Shown here: piece by piece, positions 46,482-55,877 of the stretch
Layout: each line of letters opens with the position of its first letter
How positions within the stretch are numbered: the stretch's first letter is position 1
NCBI GenBank assembly: GCA_964291285.2
Contig: OZ219786.1
Location: 64,001-128,000 of the forward strand
Length of the DNA: 64,000 nt
Origin: Alphaproteobacteria bacterium
Lineage (GTDB): Bacteria > Pseudomonadota > Alphaproteobacteria > Bin95
Direction of reading: 5' to 3'
The notes under the pieces: model-generated
What the model was told of the DNA's origin: nothing
Seen by the model: only the letters and a program-made list of their open reading frames with translations
Database searches by the model: none
Translations under genes and position numbers: made by a program

Positions 46482-48508
46482 CCCCCGACCGCGACGACCG
46501 CCGACGGGCCCCGACCCTTGCGGGCATCGGCATCCGCATCGGTTTCGTCGCCGTGGTGGCTCTCGTGGCCGCCAATGCGTTCTTGGCCTGGATCGCGCTC
46601 GGCGCGGTCGAGACGAGGCTGGAGCCCGTCATCAAGGACAAGGCGCACGTCCTGGCCCGGTCGATTGCCAACGACCTCTACACGGCAGTGCGCCTCGATA
46701 TTCCGGTCCAGGGGCTGAGAGGTGTCGACGCCTATCTGGACGACCTGCTGACGGACCATCCGGAGGTTGCCTATCTCGCCGTGACCGACGCCGGGGGCAA
46801 GGTGCTGTTCTCGGCGGAGGCCAGCGGCGATGTAGAGGTCAGTTCCTACCCATTGGCCGCGAATGCCGGCACTTTCGTTTCGATCGGCTCCGACTACAAC
46901 ATCGCGCATCCCCTGGTTCATGGCGGCAAGCAGGTCGGACACGCAATGGTCGGGATAGACCGGCGCTATGTCCGCAACACCATGGCCGGCATTTTCACCG
47001 ATATCGGCATTTCGCTGTGTGTCGCCATCCTGATCGTTCTCGAACTCACCCTGCTGGTGCTGTCGCTTACGGTCGCCCGGTCCATCGGCCTGATGAGGCG
47101 GCTGATGCACGCCGTCAGCGAAGGGGACTTCTCGGCTTCCATAACCACGCGCGGACGGGACGATCTGGCCCGGGTCATCGATGCGATGAATGGCATCAAT
47201 ACCGAGATCAACCGGCGTTTCCGCGCATTGGTAGCCACCGGCGGCGCCGTCGAAAGGCTTCGGGAGGGGCGGGTGTTCGCCGAGGCGGGCGCCTACCGGC
47301 CCGTGCAGGTGCTGCGCGCCGGAGACGTGCAGTATCCGCTGTTCTTCTTCATTTTCGGCGTCGAGCTGTCGCGTCCGTTCTTCCCCCTCTTCGTGCGCGA
47401 CCTTTACGATCCCGCGCTCGGCATCGACGCCTCGATCGCGATCGCCATGCCGATGTCGGTCTGGGTGGTCGCGATGCTGTTCACGACGCCGCTCGCGCCG
47501 ACGCTGATCCGGCGCCTCGGCACGCGCAACACGCTGCTGCTCGGCATGGCGCCTACGAGCGTCGGCCTCATCGCGACGGCTTTCGCGACCGGGTTCATCG
47601 AACTCATTGCGTGGCGTTGCGTGACGGCGGCGGGCTTCGGCCTCGTCACCGCTGCAATTCTCGTCCGGCTCGCCATCACGGCGCCGGAACGGCGGCGCGC
47701 GCTCAATATCGGCGTGTTCGTCACGGCCACGGGCGGCGGCAGCATCTGCGCGACCGCAATCGGAGGCATCCTCGCCGAACGGCTGGGGTACGAGAACACC
47801 TTTATCGTCGGGGCGACTATCGTCTTCGTCGCCATGACGATCACCTACGGCTTCCTGTCGTCGGAGGAAGGGGTCGGGTCCAGCATTGGCACGCCGACCC
47901 AACGCAGGCGGCTGGGAATTTACGGCAGTCCGAGATTCATGACATTCATGGCCCTCTCGGCCCTGCCGTCACGGACCGTGCTCACCGGCTTCCTGTTCTT
48001 CCTGGTGCCGCTTTATCTCGATTCGCTCGATTTCGGCGGAGCGGCCATCGGGCGCACCATGATGGTCTATTTCCTGGTGCTGCTGGTCATGAACCAGGCG
48101 GCGGCGCTGATCGCCGACAGGTTCCAGAACCACGGCATGCTGATCGTCGTTGGCGGGATCTCGGTTGCAGCGGGCTGCCTGCTGTTCGTTTCCACGGCCG
48201 ACGCCTTGCTGCTGGCCTGCGGCGTTGCGCTGATCGGGCTCGGCCAGTCCTTCGTGATGACACCGCAAGTGGCTGTGCTGCCGACTTATTTCAGGTCCGA
48301 AACGGAGGCCTTTGGCACCGGCCCGGTAACGGCGGCGTTCCGGGTGGTGGAGCGCGCCGGCAGCATTGCCGGCCCCCTTCTTGCCGGGAGCATCGTTGCC
48401 TTCGCCGGGCTGCAGCATGCGGGCCGGCTGCTCGGCTACGGCATAGCGGTCACGACCCTGTTTCTGGCCCTGCTGCTTGTCGTTGGCGTGTTCACCCGCC
48501 GGCGCTGA
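46478..48508 (+). CDS. MFS transporter fused to N-terminal periplasmic sensor domain and HAMP
   Basis: TM-periplasmic-TM, HAMP (SEGDFS…RDDLA), then ~12-TM MFS (LIRRLGTR, GGILAERLGY, IADRF). Confidence 0.85.
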   Translation: MTPDRDDRRRAPTLAGIGIRIGFVAVVALVAANAFLAWIALGAVETRLEPVIKDKAHVLARSIANDLYTAVRLDIPVQGLRGVDAYLDDLLTDHPEVAYLAVTDAGGKVLFSAEASGDVEVSSYPLAANAGTFVSIGSDYNIAHPLVHGGKQVGHAMVGIDRRYVRNTMAGIFTDIGISLCVAILIVLELTLLVLSLTVARSIGLMRRLMHAVSEGDFSASITTRGRDDLARVIDAMNGINTEINRRFRALVATGGAVERLREGRVFAEAGAYRPVQVLRAGDVQYPLFFFIFGVELSRPFFPLFVRDLYDPALGIDASIAIAMPMSVWVVAMLFTTPLAPTLIRRLGTRNTLLLGMAPTSVGLIATAFATGFIELIAWRCVTAAGFGLVTAAILVRLAITAPERRRALNIGVFVTATGGGSICATAIGGILAERLGYENTFIVGATIVFVAMTITYGFLSSEEGVGSSIGTPTQRRRLGIYGSPRFMTFMALSALPSRTVLTGFLFFLVPLYLDSLDFGGAAIGRTMMVYFLVLLVMNQAAALIADRFQNHGMLIVVGGISVAAGCLLFVSTADALLLACGVALIGLGQSFVMTPQVAVLPTYFRSETEAFGTGPVTAAFRVVERAGSIAGPLLAGSIVAFAGLQHAGRLLGYGIAVTTLFLALLLVVGVFTRRR

Positions 48509-50153
48509 CCATCGCTTCGATCAGGACGGGACCTGAGCCCGCAAGAGCATCGCGGTAGGCCTTGCGGAAAGCGGCTGGCGTTTCGGCCCGCAAGGCGGCC
48601 ATGCCGAAGCCTTCCGCAAGCCGCGTGGCGTCGATGGGGGGATCGCGAAAATCCATCCCTATCGGCGCGTCATTGTCGTGAAACGCCTTCATCCTGTCCT
48701 TCAGAATGCGGTAGCCGCCATTGTTGGCGATAACGAAAACGACCGGCAGCCGGGCATTGACGGCGGTCCAGAGCGCCTGGATCGAATACATGGCGCTGCC
48801 GTCGCCGATAAGCGCCACCGTGCGCCGGGCGGGCTGTGCGATCTGCACGCCGACGGCCGCCGCAATGCCCCATCCGATGCCGCCAGAGACATTGCCGAAA
48901 TACCCATTCGCATCCCGGAACGGTAGGAAGTCCAGAAGACGCGCGCCGGTGGTGATGCCCTCATCGACGACAATGCCGTCTTCGGGCAGCTCCTCGGCAA
49001 GGCACTTGCAGAGCCAGGCCGGCGGGATGGGCCCTGCGTCTTCCTGTACCTGCGCCACGGCGTCTGCCGCCTTCCGCCGGTTCGCGGTCCAATTGCTTTC
49101 CGCCAGCGCGGCGATGCGCTCCTGCCGGTCCGTGCCGAGCTTGTCCTCCAGCACCGGATTCAAGGCTGCAAGCGTCTCCCTTACACCGCCCAGCGCGGCG
49201 ATCTCGGCGGGATAGTTCTTGGCGAGCTCCCAGTCCCTCAGACCGATCTGGATGACCGACATATGGTCGGGCAGCGGGTCCGTTTCGCTCCACACCGACA
49301 TGCGCAGAAAGTCGGCTCCGAGTCCGACGATCAGGTCGTAGGGCGCAAGCGTCCGACGGACCTGGGGCTGACTGCGCGTGAGCGCCCCCATGAAGCAAGG
49401 GTGCTCCGAGGGAAAATGCGCCCCCTGGGGCACACTTTGCTGATAGACGGGCGCGCCCAGCAATTCGGCGAACCGGGCGGCAGCATCGAGCGCGTCGCCG
49501 GTGGCCGTCTCATGGCCGGCGAGGACAACCGGATTTGCAGCGGCAGCGATGCGGTCGGCCATCGCCGCCAGCGCTTCATCCGAAGGACGGGTGCGGGCAT
49601 CGACCCGGGTGGCCCGGCCAAGATCGATGGCCTCGTGGCGGTTCAGGATGTCTCCCGGCAGGGAGATGAACACGGGCCCCGTCGGCGGCGTTGTCGCAAC
49701 CTTGGCGGCGCGGCGTAAAATGCGGGGCAGATCCTCGATCCTGGAGACTTCGACGGCCCATTTGACTACCGGCTCGGCAATCGGGGTGAGCGGGGCATAG
49801 AGGAGCGGTTCCGTCAGCCCGTGGCCCTGTTCCTGCTGGCCGGCGGTCACGATGATCGGCGAGCCGCTTTGCGAGGCGGTGTAAAGCGCGCCGATGGCAT
49901 TCCCCAATCCCGGCGCGACATGAACATTGCAGGCCGCCAGCTTGCCGGACGCGCGCGCATAGCCGTCGGCCATGGCAACGACCACCGACTCCTGCAGTCC
50001 AAGCACGTAACCGAGGTCGGTCTGCTCGGTCAGCGCGTGCATGATCGGCAATTCCGTCGTGCCCGGATTGCCGAAAAGATGCGTGATGCCCTCGTCCTTG
50101 AGCACGGTAAGGAAGGCGCTGCGGCCGCTGATCGTGTTGGAAGGGGATGACAT
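48492..50153 (-). CDS. Benzoylformate decarboxylase-like ThDP enzyme
   Basis: FGNPGTTELP, LQE..VVAMADGYA, HVAPGLGNA, GDGSAMY.IQALW…NNGGY. Confidence 0.88.
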   Translation of the reverse strand: MSSPSNTISGRSAFLTVLKDEGITHLFGNPGTTELPIMHALTEQTDLGYVLGLQESVVVAMADGYARASGKLAACNVHVAPGLGNAIGALYTASQSGSPIIVTAGQQEQGHGLTEPLLYAPLTPIAEPVVKWAVEVSRIEDLPRILRRAAKVATTPPTGPVFISLPGDILNRHEAIDLGRATRVDARTRPSDEALAAMADRIAAAANPVVLAGHETATGDALDAAARFAELLGAPVYQQSVPQGAHFPSEHPCFMGALTRSQPQVRRTLAPYDLIVGLGADFLRMSVWSETDPLPDHMSVIQIGLRDWELAKNYPAEIAALGGVRETLAALNPVLEDKLGTDRQERIAALAESNWTANRRKAADAVAQVQEDAGPIPPAWLCKCLAEELPEDGIVVDEGITTGARLLDFLPFRDANGYFGNVSGGIGWGIAAAVGVQIAQPARRTVALIGDGSAMYSIQALWTAVNARLPVVFVIANNGGYRILKDRMKAFHDNDAPIGMDFRDPPIDATRLAEGFGMAALRAETPAAFRKAYRDALAGSGPVLIEAMVSAGG

Positions 50154-50256
50154 CGGCTGTTCTCTTCCTTCATTCGCCGGGAAACCGGTCTGCCGGGGCG
50201 CCGGATTGGATGTGCCGGACGGGACCGGCGGTCCTGTCCCGTCCGGAAAGCAAAGG

Positions 50257-50997
50257 TCAGGACGCGAGAAAACCGCCGTCCACATAGAGCTCCACGCCGG
50301 AGCAGTAGCTGCTGTCGTCGGATGCCAGGAAGAGCACGGCTTTGGCGACCTCGTCCGCCCGCCCGTTGCGGCCCATCGGAACCCGGCGCAGCATCCGCTC
50401 GCGCACGGCGGGATCGGCGGTGGCGCCGGAGGTCCGCATAGGCGGCATCAGGCCTGGATGGACCGAATTCGCCCTGATTCCCTCGGGCGCGTGGCGCACG
50501 GCCAATGATTTCGTCAATACGCGGATTGCGCCCTTGGAGGCATTGTAGCCGTGATGGACGACGTCCTGGCCGACCACGCCGGAGATCGACGAAATATTGA
50601 CAATGACGCCGCCGCTCGCGGCCGCCATCTTCGGCACGAAATGCCGGCATCCGAGAAACGCCCCGGTGACATTGATGGCCATGAGGCTGTTCCATGCGTC
50701 GAGGTCGAACGGATCGGCATAGCCGCTGCCGCTGATGCCGGCATTGTTGACCAGAATACCGGCCTCCGGCCGGGAGGCGGCCAATTCCGCCCATCCCGAA
50801 TCCTCGGTCACATCCAGCCGGTGGAAGGATGCCTTGCCCCCGTTGGCGGCGATCTTTTCCGCCTGCGACCGTCCTTCCTTTTCCAGGATATCCGCGATGA
50901 CAATGTCCGCGCCCTCGGAAGCAAGGAGTTCGGCAGTGACCGCCCCCATGCCCCAGGCCCCTCCGGTGACGATCGCGGTCTTGCCGGCAAGCTTCAT
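50257..50997 (-). CDS. Short-chain dehydrogenase/reductase
   Basis: TGGAWGMG, NNAGI, YNASK, VDGG. Confidence 0.92.
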   Translation of the reverse strand: MKLAGKTAIVTGGAWGMGAVTAELLASEGADIVIADILEKEGRSQAEKIAANGGKASFHRLDVTEDSGWAELAASRPEAGILVNNAGISGSGYADPFDLDAWNSLMAINVTGAFLGCRHFVPKMAAASGGVIVNISSISGVVGQDVVHHGYNASKGAIRVLTKSLAVRHAPEGIRANSVHPGLMPPMRTSGATADPAVRERMLRRVPMGRNGRADEVAKAVLFLASDDSSYCSGVELYVDGGFLAS

Positions 50998-51177
50998 TCT
51001 TCTTCTCCCACAGCGAGGTCTTGCGCAAAGCGGCGCCCATCATGGCGCAACCGGAAACGCCCCGAAAGATACGCCATGGCGGGAACCGGCCGGCGCGACA
51101 GGCCTGGAATCGTCCGATATGTTGGCGCGGAAGTCGTCGGGCTTCCGGTTGCCGGGCCCGTGAACAAGGGGAAGGCG

Positions 51178-52191
51178 ATGCGGCGAAGCGCTGTCGCGCT
51201 TGCGGTGTTGGTCGGGGTCTGTTGCGCCGGCGGGAACGCGCATGCGGACGATTTCGGCAGGTGGCTGGCGGAATTTCGCGCCGAGGCCGCGGGAAAGGGC
51301 ATTTCGCCAAGCACGCTGGACGCCGCGCTGACGGGACTCAGGCCGCTGGAGAAGGTCCTGAACCGCGACCGCAAGCAACCGGAATTCAAGCTGACCTTCG
51401 AGACCTACAGCAACCGCCTTCTCAAGCCGGTCAATATCGAACGGGGCAGGGCGATGATGACGGAACATGCCGGGTTGCTGCGGCGCGTGTCTGGGCGCTA
51501 CGGCGTACAACCGCGCTTCATTGTCGCAATCTGGGGCATCGAAACCCGCTACGGCGCCATAAAGGGCAGCACGGAAGTGGTACCCGCGCTCGCGACGCTG
51601 GCGTTCGACCGGCGGCGGTCCCGGTTCTTCCGCGCGCAGCTGCTGGATGCGCTGCGCATGGTGGACAAGGGTTATATCCAGCTTGCCGACATGAAGGGCT
51701 CCTGGGCGGGCGCAATGGGCCATCCCCAGTTCATTCCGTCCAGCTACCTTGCATTCGCGCAAGATTTCGACGGCGACGGCCGGCGGGACATCTGGAATAA
51801 TCTCGGCGATGTTTTCGCCTCAATTGCCAACTATCTCCACCGGCACGGTTGGTCGGATGCGCGCACATGGGGGCGCGGGGTGCGGGTGCCGGAGGCAGTG
51901 AGACAGGCCTACGATTCAATGGCCGCCGGGAAAGCGAAGGGATGCCGCGCGCTCCGGCAGGCGACGAAAGCGCAAGGTCTCGCGGAATGGCAGGCGGCGG
52001 GCCTGCGCCGCCTGTCCGGCGCCGCACTACCGGCCGTGATGCTCGACGCCAGGCTGCTCATGCCGGACGGCGCCGATGGCAGGGCTTTTCTCGTCTATCG
52101 CAACTACGAGGGGCTGTTGCGCTACAATTGCTCCAATCTTTATGCATTGACGGTGGGGCTGTTGTCGGATGCTGTCGGGGGGCGCCGATGA
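51178..52191 (+). CDS. Lytic murein transglycosylase (MltB family)
   Basis: [38 protein letters not shown]. Confidence 0.92.
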   Translation: MRRSAVALAVLVGVCCAGGNAHADDFGRWLAEFRAEAAGKGISPSTLDAALTGLRPLEKVLNRDRKQPEFKLTFETYSNRLLKPVNIERGRAMMTEHAGLLRRVSGRYGVQPRFIVAIWGIETRYGAIKGSTEVVPALATLAFDRRRSRFFRAQLLDALRMVDKGYIQLADMKGSWAGAMGHPQFIPSSYLAFAQDFDGDGRRDIWNNLGDVFASIANYLHRHGWSDARTWGRGVRVPEAVRQAYDSMAAGKAKGCRALRQATKAQGLAEWQAAGLRRLSGAALPAVMLDARLLMPDGADGRAFLVYRNYEGLLRYNCSNLYALTVGLLSDAVGGRR

Positions 52192-53048
52192 TCCGCGTCC
52201 TTGCGCTGTTGCTGGCATTCGCTGTTTGCGCCTGCAGTTCGCCCGACCCGGTCAAGCGGACGGCGAAGACGGGAGAGCGGAGCGGAAAGGTGGTGGACAG
52301 GCGCCTCGGCGTCTCGGCATCGCCATACCGCCCGTTGACCTACAATGTCAGCAGCTACAAGGTCGGCGAGCCCTACAAGATCGCCGAGCGCTGGTACCGA
52401 CCGAAGGAATACGAGACCTTTTCCGAAACCGGCATAGCGTCTTGGTACGGACATAAATTCCACAGCCGCCAGACGGCCAATGGTGAAGTCTTCAACATGT
52501 ACGCGATGACGGCGGCGCATCGCGTGCTGCCGTTGCCGAGCGTGGTGCGCGTCACCAATCTCAGCAATGGACGAAGCGTGGTCGTGCGCATCAACGACCG
52601 CGGCCCCTATGCGCATGAGCGAATCATCGACCTGTCGCTTTCGGCCGCCGAGAAGATCGGTTTCCGCCGCAAGGGCGTCACCAGGGTGCGGGTCGAATTG
52701 CTGCCTGAACTGAGCCGCAAGGTCGCACGGATTGCAAGGGCCGGCGGCGGAGCCCGGAAGCAGGACCGTCTCGTGGCCGATTTCGTCAGAGGCGGCAGCC
52801 CCCGGACCGGCGTGTATTATGTGCAGGCGGGCACGTTTCGCGACCGCAGAAATGCCGAGGTCATGGCAAACAGGTTGAGGCGGCACTTCGACAGCGTGCG
52901 GGTTCACACGAGCACGGCGAAGAACGGCAGGGTCCTGCACCGCGTCCGCATCGGGCCGGAAAGCACCAGGCAATCGGCGGACGCCTTGCAGGCCCGCGTG
53001 AAGGCGCGCGGACCGCGGGACGCCTTTGTGGTCCGCTCGACCGGATAG
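52188..53048 (+). CDS. rlpA: Septal ring lytic transglycosylase RlpA (lipoprotein, SPOR domain)
   Basis: Lipobox, GIASWYG, TANGE, TAAH..LPLPS, NDRGP, C-terminal SPOR. Confidence 0.93.
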   Translation: MIRVLALLLAFAVCACSSPDPVKRTAKTGERSGKVVDRRLGVSASPYRPLTYNVSSYKVGEPYKIAERWYRPKEYETFSETGIASWYGHKFHSRQTANGEVFNMYAMTAAHRVLPLPSVVRVTNLSNGRSVVVRINDRGPYAHERIIDLSLSAAEKIGFRRKGVTRVRVELLPELSRKVARIARAGGGARKQDRLVADFVRGGSPRTGVYYVQAGTFRDRRNAEVMANRLRRHFDSVRVHTSTAKNGRVLHRVRIGPESTRQSADALQARVKARGPRDAFVVRSTG

Positions 53049-53059
53049 GGAGCGCGCCC

Positions 53060-54190
53060 ATGCGATTGAGTGTCTTCACTATTCTGGCCTCGCTGCTGTT
53101 GGCCTTGGCCGCCCGCGCCGATACGACCATCGCTCCGCACGCGATATTGATCGACGGGACGACCGGGACCGTGCTGCTGGAAAAGGACGCCGACACACCG
53201 CTCCCGCCGGCGTCAATGAGCAAGCTCATGACAGTGCTCATGGTCTTCGAGCGGTTGAAGGCCGGCGTGCTTTCGATGGACCAGACCTTCCCTGTCAGCC
53301 ACAAGGCCTGGAAGATGGGCGGTTCCAAGACCTTCGTGCGCGTCAACAGGCGCGTATCGGTTGCCGACCTGCTGCGGGGCGTCATCGTGCAGTCGGGCAA
53401 CGATGCCTCCATCGTCATTGCCGAGGGGATTTCCGGCAGCGAGGAAGCGTTCGCCGAAGCGATGACGGCACGCGCGCGGGAACTGGGCCTTACGAGCGCG
53501 AATTTCACGAATGCGACCGGCTGGCCGCATCCGCAACATGTGATCTCGCCACGCGACCTCGCCCGTCTTGCACAAATTCTTGTGACAGAGTTTCCCGAGC
53601 ATTACGGGATGTTTGCGGAGCGCGAATTCGAGTTCAACAAGATCAAGCAGCGCAACCGCAACCCCCTGTTGGGACGCGTGCCGGGCGCCGATGGCCTCAA
53701 GACCGGCCATACGAACGCATCGGGTTACGGCCTGACCGCCTCTGCCGAGCGCGACGGGCGGCGGCTCTACCTTGTGATGAACGGGTTGAGGAACTCCCGG
53801 GCGCGGGCGCGGGAGGCGGAGCGGCTGATCGAATGGGGCTTTCGCGAGTTCGCAGCCTATCCCCTCGTGAAAGAGGGAGAAACGGTCGAGAAGGCGGCCG
53901 TATGGCTCGGCAGCGTGGACCATGTGCCGCTGGTTCCGGACCGCGACGTGGTGCTTTCGCTGAAGCGCCAGGCGCGCTCCGGGCTGAAGGCGTCCGTCAG
54001 GTGGACAGGGCCGGTCGTTGCCCCCGTGAAGGAGGGCCAGCAGCTTGCAGTTCTGCGTCTGGAGGCGCCCGGCATCCAGCCGGTGGAACACCCGCTTTAC
54101 GCTGGAACGGACGTCGAGCGGATCGGTTTTTTCGGCCGCATCTTTGAGCGGATGCGCGCCATGATCTTCGGCTTCGACCCCGCGGCGTGA
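53060..54190 (+). CDS. dacA: D-alanyl-D-alanine carboxypeptidase
   Basis: PASMSK (SxxK), SGN, KTG. Confidence 0.92.
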   Translation: MRLSVFTILASLLLALAARADTTIAPHAILIDGTTGTVLLEKDADTPLPPASMSKLMTVLMVFERLKAGVLSMDQTFPVSHKAWKMGGSKTFVRVNRRVSVADLLRGVIVQSGNDASIVIAEGISGSEEAFAEAMTARARELGLTSANFTNATGWPHPQHVISPRDLARLAQILVTEFPEHYGMFAEREFEFNKIKQRNRNPLLGRVPGADGLKTGHTNASGYGLTASAERDGRRLYLVMNGLRNSRARAREAERLIEWGFREFAAYPLVKEGETVEKAAVWLGSVDHVPLVPDRDVVLSLKRQARSGLKASVRWTGPVVAPVKEGQQLAVLRLEAPGIQPVEHPLYAGTDVERIGFFGRIFERMRAMIFGFDPAA

Positions 54191-54807
54191 CGGGCAGGCT
54201 GATAACCTTCGAAGGCGGCGACGGGGCCGGAAAATCGACCCAGATCGCACGGCTCGCCGACTGGCTGGAAGAGCGCAACATTCAGGTGGTCTGCACACGC
54301 GAGCCAGGCGGCACGACGGAAGCCGAAGCCATCCGCGGACTGCTCGTTTCCGGAGAGTCGGACTGGGACCCGCTCACCGAGGCGATGCTGCATCACGCAG
54401 CGCGGCGGGAACATGCCGAAAAGCGTATCCGCCCGGCGCTTGCGGCCGGGACATGGGTGCTGTCGGACCGGTTTTTCGATTCGACGGTTGCCTACCAGTG
54501 CTATGGCCAGGGCGTTGCGCCGGAAGATGAGGCGGTCCTGCGACGGCTTGCAATCGGGGCACTGCGCCCCGACCTGACGCTGCTGCTGGACATACCGGTC
54601 GAAACCGGGCGTGACAGGGCGCGCGACCGGCGGAAGAGCCGCTACGAGGAGATGAACGACGAACTGCATCTCCGCGTACGCGCGGGGTTTCTGGAAATCG
54701 CGCGCCGGGAACCGGGGCGGGTGGCGGTCATCGACGCAGGAAGGGAGCCGGATGGCGTGGCGGCAGCCGTGCAAGCCATCGTCGCGGAGCGTTTCGGCCT
54801 GTCATGA
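54187..54807 (+). CDS. tmk: Thymidylate kinase
   Basis: FEGGDGAGKSTQ, REPGG, DRF.DST.AYQ. Confidence 0.96.
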   Translation: MTGRLITFEGGDGAGKSTQIARLADWLEERNIQVVCTREPGGTTEAEAIRGLLVSGESDWDPLTEAMLHHAARREHAEKRIRPALAAGTWVLSDRFFDSTVAYQCYGQGVAPEDEAVLRRLAIGALRPDLTLLLDIPVETGRDRARDRRKSRYEEMNDELHLRVRAGFLEIARREPGRVAVIDAGREPDGVAAAVQAIVAERFGLS

Positions 54808-55817
54808 TCGCCGGGGAGAAAGCGGAACCGAGAAAACGGGAGAGGCTGGTCGGCCATCCGGCAGCGGCAGGCATGCTTGCTACCGACCATGCTGCCGGCA
54901 GGCTGCATCATGCTTGGATTCTGGCCGGGCCGCGCGGAATCGGGAAAGCTACACTGGCCTTCAGGTTCGCCCGCTATCTCCTTGCAGGACAATCCGGATT
55001 GCTTCCGGAAGAAGCAAGGGCCAAGCCGCTCCACCTCCCGGCCGACGACCCGGTCTTCCGCCACGTGGCGTCGGGCGGCCATGCCGACCTGCGGACCGTC
55101 GAGCCGGCGGGCGCGCGCGGAGAAATCCGGGTCGATGCGATACGCGATGCGATTCGTTTCCTGAAGCTGACACCCGGCGAGTCGGCATGGCGCGTCCTGA
55201 TCGTGGACGGGGCGGATTCCATGAACCCGAACGCGCAGAACGCCGCCTTGAAGGTGTTGGAGGAACCGCCGCGCAACGTATTGATTCTGTTGATTGCCCA
55301 TCGCCCGTCGCTGCTTCTCCCGACGGTGCGCTCGCGCTGCCGCCTGCTGCGAATGGCTCCCCTCGACCGCCCGGCTTTCGACGAGGTGCTTTTCGACATC
55401 GCGCCGGAACTGGATGCGGAGGCCTGCGCCCGTCTGTTCGCGGTTTCCGGCGGCAGCCCCGGGGCGGCGCTGGAATTGGAACAGTTCGGCGGGCGCGGGA
55501 TCAAGGAGGCGGTCGATGCCTTGCTCGAGTCGCTGCCGGCCATCGACCGCGAGGCACTGGAAGCTGTCGCCGCCGCGGTAACCGGGAACCGCGAGCCCGG
55601 ACATTTCCAGGCGTTCGGGAGAATCCTCATGGCAAGCTTGGCCGAACGCCTGCGGACTGCCGGTCCTGACGCCGCCTGGCTGGACGCCGAGGCGGGCGTG
55701 TCGCGCCTGCTGGAGCGCTGTATTGCGCTGTCCCTCGACCGGCGGCAAACGGTGTTCGAGATTTTCAGCGGGCTCGCCAGAACGGCCGCCGGTGGGGGGC
55801 AGGGCGCCCGTGCTTGA
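54804..55817 (+). CDS. holB: DNA polymerase III delta' subunit
   Basis: HHAW…GPRGIGKAT, NAALKVLEEPP, SRC; follows tmk. Confidence 0.93.
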   Translation: MIAGEKAEPRKRERLVGHPAAAGMLATDHAAGRLHHAWILAGPRGIGKATLAFRFARYLLAGQSGLLPEEARAKPLHLPADDPVFRHVASGGHADLRTVEPAGARGEIRVDAIRDAIRFLKLTPGESAWRVLIVDGADSMNPNAQNAALKVLEEPPRNVLILLIAHRPSLLLPTVRSRCRLLRMAPLDRPAFDEVLFDIAPELDAEACARLFAVSGGSPGAALELEQFGGRGIKEAVDALLESLPAIDREALEAVAAAVTGNREPGHFQAFGRILMASLAERLRTAGPDAAWLDAEAGVSRLLERCIALSLDRRQTVFEIFSGLARTAAGGGQGARA

Positions 55818-55877
55818 TTCCGTGAATTATAAGTGGGACAACCCGCCCGTGTTCCGGGACCCGGATGTCCGCCCCCC

